64,000 nucleotides of DNA, from the NCBI GenBank assembly GCA_964016885.1, contig OZ024745.1:16058001-16122000 (forward strand), given 5' to 3'. Below are positions 55,803 through 64,000 of the stretch, one piece after another. The position numbers were made by a program, and so were the translations under genes. Position 1 is the first letter of the stretch. Each line of letters begins with the position of its first letter. The stretch is from Eledone cirrhosa. Taxonomy: Eukaryota. The notes beneath the pieces were generated by a model that was not told the origin of the DNA, did no database searches, and saw only the letters and a program-made list of their open reading frames with translations.

Positions 55803-58800
55803 ATGCATGTTCTCTTTCATTTCCTCCTACACTTGAAATTTTCTGCGATGTCTTATTGCATCAATGGTAATGGCAGACCATATCATCTTATTTACCCCCT
55901 CCCCCCACCACCACTCCCCACCAACGCACGCACATAATCACACGTACATACACAGAGACATACACATAAATCTACGTAGGTATGCACAGGCATACTCATA
56001 TATATCTAAACGAACGTACATGTAAATCATCAACACACGCACACCAGATCACATACTTGCATGTACACAAGCACACTAGAAGATTCATATACATCTACAC
56101 AAGCATACACATACACGTACACAAACACACGTCCACAAGCACACACAAGCGTCCACATACACCTACACAAATACACACATGCATCTACGTAAACACAACA
56201 CATACATGTACGCAAGTACACACCTGCATCTACGTAAACACGCACATACATATCCACAAACACATACATACATGTACACAAACACATACATACATGTGCA
56301 CAAACAAATATACACAAATACATACATGCATCTACATAAATATACAGGCACATACACAAACATATACATACACTCATGCGCATAAAGTCCCTAATCCCTT
56401 TTTCCATTTCTAATTTTCTCACGAATATTTAGAAACCAACATAAAGGCGCAAGACTTAATGGTTAAGGTGTTGGACTCACGATCACAACATTTTAGGTTT
56501 GATTCCAGACCAGCTGAAGTGTTGTGTTCTTGATCAAGGCATATTTTACGCTGTTCCGGTTGGATTGGCAATATCGGCAGAGCGTCGAACAATATATTTT
56601 GTGGCACAGAATTAAAGCCCTTTACATCCTGAATTCAATTCCCGCCGAGGTTAGCTTTGTTTTTCATCCTGAAGTGGTCGATTAAATAAAATATCAGCAA
56701 CACATTGTTGTCAATTTAATCAATTTTCCCTTTCCCTTGAAATTGTTGGCTATGTGCCCAAAGTAGAAACAATTATATTTCACGCTGCCCTAATTCACTC
56801 AGTTGAAAATAAGTTCTATCGGCAGTTGCATGTTAACCCTGCTACCTTTAAGGGGATGTGACTCTGTGTTGCTTAACGTCCACGAAACTGAGATAACCAC
56901 CTGGACTTTCCCCCTTCATGTAGACATGAAAAAAAAGAAAAAAAAAAAACGTTAACATAAAAAAAAGAAAACCAACGTGAAACTCCAACTCGACAAAGAC
57001 CACATCCACACATTCGTAGCTGTCATCGCACATTCTCTTTTACAACACTGACATACATAATAGACATACACTACATAATACATATACACTACACAGTGTA
57101 TTTCAGTATTAATCCGTGGTAAAATTAATCTATCGCTCAGCTTAACACCTTCACCTATAGTTGATCGTCCTCGACAGAAGCCAATCTCCTACAAGCATTT
57201 TGACAAGGTCTTCGGTTGGACGATAATTCTCACCTCACTTTCACCAGTCTCAGAGGCCATTGAAAGTGATATGTCTACTTCTTTCACTAATAGAAAAAAA
57301 AAAAAATTCAAAAAGAACAAAAACATACGTTGCGTGTGATATGTGTTTGAACGAATATACCTGTAATTTATAGAGGCAGAGGAAATTGTACATAACCCAG
57401 TGCACATACGCATGCGTATAAACACATACATAGACTGAATATGTTGAATAAGGAAAACAATCTCCAATCAATCGACACCATCCTCGCAATTTCATACCTG
57501 AAATTCCCTTTCTGAGTGTTCGGCTACGTCAGCAACTAAGGGAGATAACATATATAACCCTGGCTTTATAGTTGGATACATTCTCCACTTCCATTGGTGA
57601 ATATAATAATTGCCCGATCTTTTTAAAGTCGGCCGAGTTTTAAAAAGGAACTTAAACAGATACTATTTTCCTGAATATATATATAGAATACCTAACAGAG
57701 CAGTCCTTATTAGGAGAGCAATTTGTAATTGGTGCTCTATCTACCAAAGCTCCGATGACAATAGGAAACATCTCGATATACTTAGATGGCAATGACAACA
57801 TTTACGGTCTGAGTTCAAATCCAGCCGAGGTTAGCTTTGCCTTTCAAGTACCAGTAACGCACTGGAGTCGATTTAATCGTCTACCCCCCACCCCCAATTT
57901 ATCATTATTGTTTCTGTTTAGTTAGAGGTGTTCATGACCTGTATCCACCAATGCCTGACGGGAGTTAATATTGGTTACATTTTACGCTTAGTAGGAAAAT
58001 AGGTTTCAACGAATCGGGTCATCTTATTAAGAATGAAAGAAAACAAAAAAAACAGAACTGAACCATTATTAACGGGATGATATTGATAATGAATAAAACG
58101 ATATTATCGAACATTTTCATATTCTAATATCTCTTCACCTCCATCCCTACACCAACACCATTTCCTTTCTTTTTGCGCCTACTACAACACTGCTCCAAAT
58201 TTTATCTATTTACAATTTGTTGACCCTTTATTATCAAATACAAAAGCTCTCCTATTATATTTAGAATTGCACTAAACTTATATAAGATAAAAATTTCAAC
58301 TCATGTTTTATGCATAGTATATTCTTCGTTTTATCCATACAGCAGCGAGGAGGCAAAATCACTAATTCACCTTAATCTCAATGTAATTTGCTTTCAACTT
58401 CTTCCTTTTGATGAAATAGTGTTAAATTTAAAAGTAAGCACCAAAGATCAAGGCACCATTTTTTTTTGCTTATTCAACATATAAAGACAGACATCTATCT
58501 TCAAATATATAACATTTAGAAATCAGTGAGCATTAAGTTCAATCAGATTTGGCTACGATTTAATCACTTCTCAGCAGATCAAAGAAATATGGTGGTTCTG
58601 TGTTGTGAAAACCTAACTATCTAAAACTATGCAGCCAACTGCTGTGTATGGTTTCTCACTGATAAGTTACACAGATGTGTGTCTGTGAGTATACGTATAT
58701 ATGTATATTGTATATATATATGTATGTGTATGTTTGTATATATCTATGTATGTATATATGTATGTATATGTCTATGTATGTTTGCATATATCTATGTATG

Positions 58801-59439
58801 TTTACGTACATATGTCTATGTATCTTTATATGTATATATGTATGTCTATGTCTAAGGGCGGAAGAACTCATAAGAGTCAACGGTCATCCCAAAGTGTGTA
58901 AATATGTATATACACATGTACATGTGTATGTATATGTATATGTGTATATACATGGGTGCATGTGTGTGTATATGCGCGGGGACATAGAAATAGTCGGGCT
59001 GGACACCCGATCGCGCGGTTAAACCACTGGGAGTGAAGGACCCCTAACCTTTGTCAGGGCATTCTTCTAGAAGAAGGCAACTCAGGAAACTGGGATAATT
59101 CCGATATAAAACCTGCGGCTCAGTAGTTACCAATGATGTTGATCTTTTCTTCTTTTCGGGTTATAGCTACTGTCGCTCAGAGAGTGCGATTGGCTCAGTG
59201 CACAGTCTTTCCTCACTTTAAAAGATATCTTCATGCACAGGCATTGCACGATATAATTAATCGTGCAATGGTTATACTCGATAATGAGGGGGCAGCCATC
59301 ATATGTATATGTATGTTTGTATATATATGCCTATGTATGTTTGTGTACATATGTATGTTTGTGTATGTATGTTTGTATATACATAAATGTATATATATGT
59401 GTGTATGTATGAAGTTTCTAGTCGTTGAGATGCCATTCT

Positions 59440-60225
59440 AAACACTTTCGTAGTTAGCCCTCACTATTGGTCTATAATCTCCGTCATTCGGTGTTGTGAC
59501 CTATCTAGTCGTTGATATCGTCGGATCAGCACTTTCTTTATCCGCCTCTTCTTTGCTCGTCTTCAAATGTGCCTCGAATGATGTGCCTCGTTTTGAGGAG
59601 GGAGGATTAGATCCTGTCTTCCTGTTGCCTCACAAATCTATTTGTTTTGAGCTCTCTTGTACTGAATGCGTAACAGTTTTTTAAAGTACTTGTGTTCAAA
59701 TGCCTGGATTCCTCGTTCCATCTGAACTGTAAGAGTCCAGCTCTCATTCGTGTAAAGGCGTTTTGAAGTGTCCCTTGCATGATATTCTCCAGGAAGATGT
59801 TGAAAAGGACTGGAGAGAGGAGACATCGTTGTTTAACTACAACTGAAGAATTCTCCGAGAACTGCTCTGTTTGGGAGAACTGCCTTGTTTGGGAGGACTG
59901 CACTGTTTGGGAGAACTATACACTGTTTGGGAGAACTGCTCTGTTTGGGAGAACTATACACTGTTTGGGAGAATTATACACTGTTTGGGAAAACTATACA
60001 CTGTTTGGGAGAACTACACTGTTTGGGAGAAACTGCCTTGTTAGAGTTTTCATACAGTGCTTGGATTACTTGGATGAGGTTTCTGTCGAGGTTGTAATCC
60101 ATCATCGGCCGCCACAAACCCTCAGGTCAAATACGTTCAAAGACTTTTATAAAGTCGATGATGTTATAGAAGTCAGATTGGTACTGCAGATGTTTCTCGG
60201 TTAGCATTCTCATATTAAATACCAC
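59440..60225 (-). mobile_element. RTE-clade LINE relic (RT and C-terminus) with an internal minisatellite
   Basis: Minus strand: IDFIKVFERI*PEGLWRPMMDYNLDRNLIQVIQALYEN; VKQRCLLSPVLFNIFLENIMQ; ESWTLT...IQAFEHKYFKKLLRI. Confidence 0.8.
59857..60040 (+). repeat. 18-20 bp minisatellite CTGTTTGGGAGAACT(ATACA/GCT)
   Basis: About 9 tandem units. Confidence 0.9.
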
Positions 60226-60667
60226 CCCTCTGTACTATTTTTAGTTTTTAATTCAGTCTGAAAGAAAAAATTAGCAATAATTTAATGGGAAGGCTAATTA
60301 GACTAATACTCATGTAATTCTGCAGTCTTAAGTTGCCTTTGTTGGTAATTGGTGTAATAAACAGTTGGGTTCAATCCGTTGGTCATGTATGAATGTGTGT
60401 ATGTATGTGTGAATAATGTGCATTTATATATATGTTTAATATATATATACGTATACATACATTAATGTATGGGTAATGTAATTTATGTATAACCATGCAT
60501 ATGAACAGTCAATTATATATGCATAATATATGCCCTATATACACACTAGCTCACAGAAACACACATATATGCATACATTTATGCACACACACACACACAC
60601 ATACACACACACATATATATATACGTATATATACATGTTATATTTATATTATATATGACCAAAGTTT

Positions 60668-60945
60668 AACTAGACCTGAAAAATGCGCAAGCTCAAAAGA
60701 GTCACAGAATGTTATAATAAACCTTCAAAAGAGCGGGACTAGAGTTGTTGCTAAACAATATTGTAATCATTATCTATCGTACACTCTATATGTATTTATT
60801 GTGATATTTTTATAAAGGATGCCACAGAATGTACGATAGATAATGATTACAATATTTTTGAGCAACAACTCTAGTCCCACACTTTTGAAGGTTTATTATA
60901 ACGTTCTGTGGATCTTTTGAACTTGCGCATTTTTCAGTTCTAGTT
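60668..60945. mobile_element. Foldback/MITE with ~120-bp imperfect arms
   Basis: Arms 60668-60787 and 60826-60945. Confidence 0.75.
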
Positions 60946-61724
60946 TAATATTTTTTTAAGGCAACGCTTGTAATAACTCTAGTTAAACATGATATATATT
61001 AATAATAAATTATCGTTGTAATGTAATTATATTATATAATTGTTATTTTATAAATGATCTTATAAATATTATTGTAAGATGTATAAAAATATTTTCAGAC
61101 TTTTAATATAAACAACTACAAAAAAAACAATCAATATTAAATACATATATTTTACATAATAATTGTTATAGTTGAATTAATAAAAATTAAATATTACATA
61201 CCAATAGTCTAACATAATAATAAAAAAATAATCTAACATAATAATAATAAAATAATCTAACATAAAACGAACAATAATATGGACAAATATACAAGTAAAT
61301 ATGATACAACCAATATTATAAGCATGTTATAACGAACTGAAAACAAAAATAGTTAATATAAATTTAAAAAATCATATATAAATTAACAATATAACTTAAC
61401 AAATCGAGAAAAATATTTTGATGATAAACGACGAAATACAGGAGGAAGATTCGAAAGCGAAACGATAAATAAACGTGCAAACAAAATGCGGATGCTTTTG
61501 AGCAACAATTACTCTCGTTGGTTGATTAGCCAATAAGTCGATACATTACAAAAAACATGTTTGGCGATCACTACGGCCAGTGACACCCCTTGAATTTTTT
61601 TTATTCACAAGATATGCATATATGTCAGACACGCAGACTTAAAACATTCTGTTGTTAGTCACTGCGTGTCTAACAGATGATTGAAACCATCAAAAGAACG
61701 AAAGAATAAAAAATTCAAAAACTC

Positions 61725-61879
<155 letters not shown>

Positions 61880-63063
61880 ATTTATGTATGTATACTTGAA
61901 CCTTCTATGCAAAACTACATAATTTAAATAGGTTCTCAATCATACATTTCATCTACATGCCCCTCCTCTTATTCTTTAGATCTTCACAAACATCAAATAA
62001 ATGTCCACCCTCTTCCACCCATGCCTATATGAATCACTTTGATCACTGATTTTGTTTGTGTCTGAGACTAAAAATATACAATAATTACTTATTTAAGTGA
62101 TACTGATAATTACTTATTTAAGTTGTACCCAGACTAAAAGTTTAAAAATAATTACTTATATATATATATGATACTCTAAACATATCAATTTCGTCATTAA
62201 GTTTATTAAAATCACTCTACAATATATAACACTGAAATTGAGATACCCAGAAAACTTTAAAAAACCCTTCCCCTCCTTCTCAACCCCCCTACCTTCTCCT
62301 CCTCCTCTTCTACAGTATTTATTATTTGGGGAGTTTGGAATAGAAGACTCTTGTCTTAGGCAAACTATATTTGGTAAATTTCACTGACATCATGAACAAA
62401 TAAGAGAACAAAGACAGAAAGAGAGTTGCACCGATTTGAAATACTGATGCAGACATATATATTATATTTAACAGTTCTTGCGTAGTATTTCACCCCAGGG
62501 TTTCACATAAAGAAACCATTTTTAGACGCCTGCAGGCACACTTTTGGAGTCGAATTACATCTACTGAATTCTAATATTTGTTTTTTCTCTCTCAGCTAAA
62601 CAAAAACTCAGGGAGATGTTAAAAGGCATATCAAAAGAAACATTTGAAACTGAATTCTATAACTTCTTCCTAGGTTTTGCTAACATTTTCCACTACATTA
62701 ACAGTCGAGCTACATAAACAAACAAATAGTCTTCTTATTGTTTTCTTTAGCTCGCTTCCTTTTAATCTTTTCTCTCTCAAGAAATAACGCCGTGACAGAA
62801 ATAAAACATACTTGACAACTGAAACCACTACGGCAATTAAATGTTTAAAACCCAGTCAGAATAGATAAATATATTTTTCATAATTTGATTAGAAAATTTC
62901 AACATTATATTTCAGAAAATGAAATATTTGAGGAAACAAAATTTTCAAAACGAAATATCTCTTTGTAAGAGTACGTTTTTGGAAGCGATAACCATTTAAC
63001 ATTGAATGACAGTAATATAATCGTGGCATAGAAATAATTTGTTTTTACTATTTAGAGAATGAT

Positions 63064-63480
63064 AGTTAAATGGCGGGCCTGACTAATCACTTCCTCTTCG
63101 TACCGGTCTCTGTCGAAACCCCTGGTGTACTTGGTCCCCGCACTGCTGATTTTCTCCGTAAAATCGGAAAGATAGCAGCCCACTTGAGGACGGAGCCCCG
63201 TGAGATAGGGTGGCTCTTGCTGCGGGTGTCTCTGGCCATTCTCTATGGTAACACCTTTAGCTATTTTCTCCGTGGAACGCATTTGGAATACCGCTTAGAT
63301 TGGGTCCGCCCCCTTCCTCTTTCTGTCGTTGCTTAATTCTTTTTTTTCTTTTTCTTCTTTTCATTTCTTTTCTTTTTGTTCCCTTTAATAGTGTTTTGCT
63401 TTCGTATAAACTGTTTAATTAAGGAAAGTAGGGCAGTTTCCATTCCCCCTTTTACCCGAAGATTTGTTGGAGTGAAGGTA
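63064..63480 (+). mobile_element. CRE-like non-LTR retrotransposon 3' fragment (restriction-like endonuclease C-terminus)
   Basis: FLFVPVSVETPGVLGPRTADFLRKIG...EPREIGWLLLRVSLAILYGN matches the F.P...ET.G..G...RE..L.QR.S.AI.RGN pattern. Confidence 0.7.
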
Positions 63481-64000
63481 GAAGATTTCCTCAAACTTGT
63501 GTTATGGTTCGAATGCTTGCAACAGTGGATTCCGCTAAAGACACACAAGTGAGAAGTGGTGGTGTTAAATAAGGCGAATGTTTATGTCTACCATCCAATT
63601 AGGCCCCCAGTTAATAACTTAGAGCCTTAAACAAATACTGGAATACATCTCATCAGATACTCTAACAATTCCGTCTTATAAATCAATCGCTCTAAATTGG
63701 TATTTTATCGAACTTTTATCGAAAATGAATGGCAAAGTTGAAATCAGATTGTAGGGAGCAGGAACAAATACCACAGAAAATTTTGTCTGGCACTCTACCG
63801 ACTCCGACAATTCGCCGTCAAGTTACAATAATCATTTACTAACCATTTTCATTAGTTGTATACACTCTGCAGGTTTTAACTCTGCTAATTGTTTTCGTTA
63901 TATTATTGCCACGAAGAGCTCACCATTACAACAATAGTTCTTTCTATATTTAATAAGCCTGAATTAATCATACATGAAACTCTTCTCAGTGATATCATTG

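Overview
AT-rich, microsatellite-dense animal DNA with no recognisable host gene. The SINE and microsatellite profile suggests an octopod cephalopod (inference). Nearly all ORF-track entries are microsatellite artefacts. Ordinary content: about 20 copies of a ~185-230 bp tRNA-derived SINE, relics of CR1/L2, RTE, CRE-like, mariner and Helitron elements, MITEs, GGT/ACC-rich minisatellites and an ~8 kb 21/22-bp satellite (32011-40030). The main signal lies in the short unique islands inside (TA)n tracts. Many are Penelope-like element (PLE) 3' ends carrying type-I hammerhead ribozyme (HHR) motifs that I could fold by eye, about 10 different sequences between 9 and 43 kb. Many of these islands are head-to-head palindromes with one HHR per strand reading outward toward (TA)n. 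A stop-free PLE GIY-YIG endonuclease frame (22632-23261) ends in one of these HHR families, which has an unusual but conserved core. All structures were read manually; no ribozyme activity or database match has been verified.
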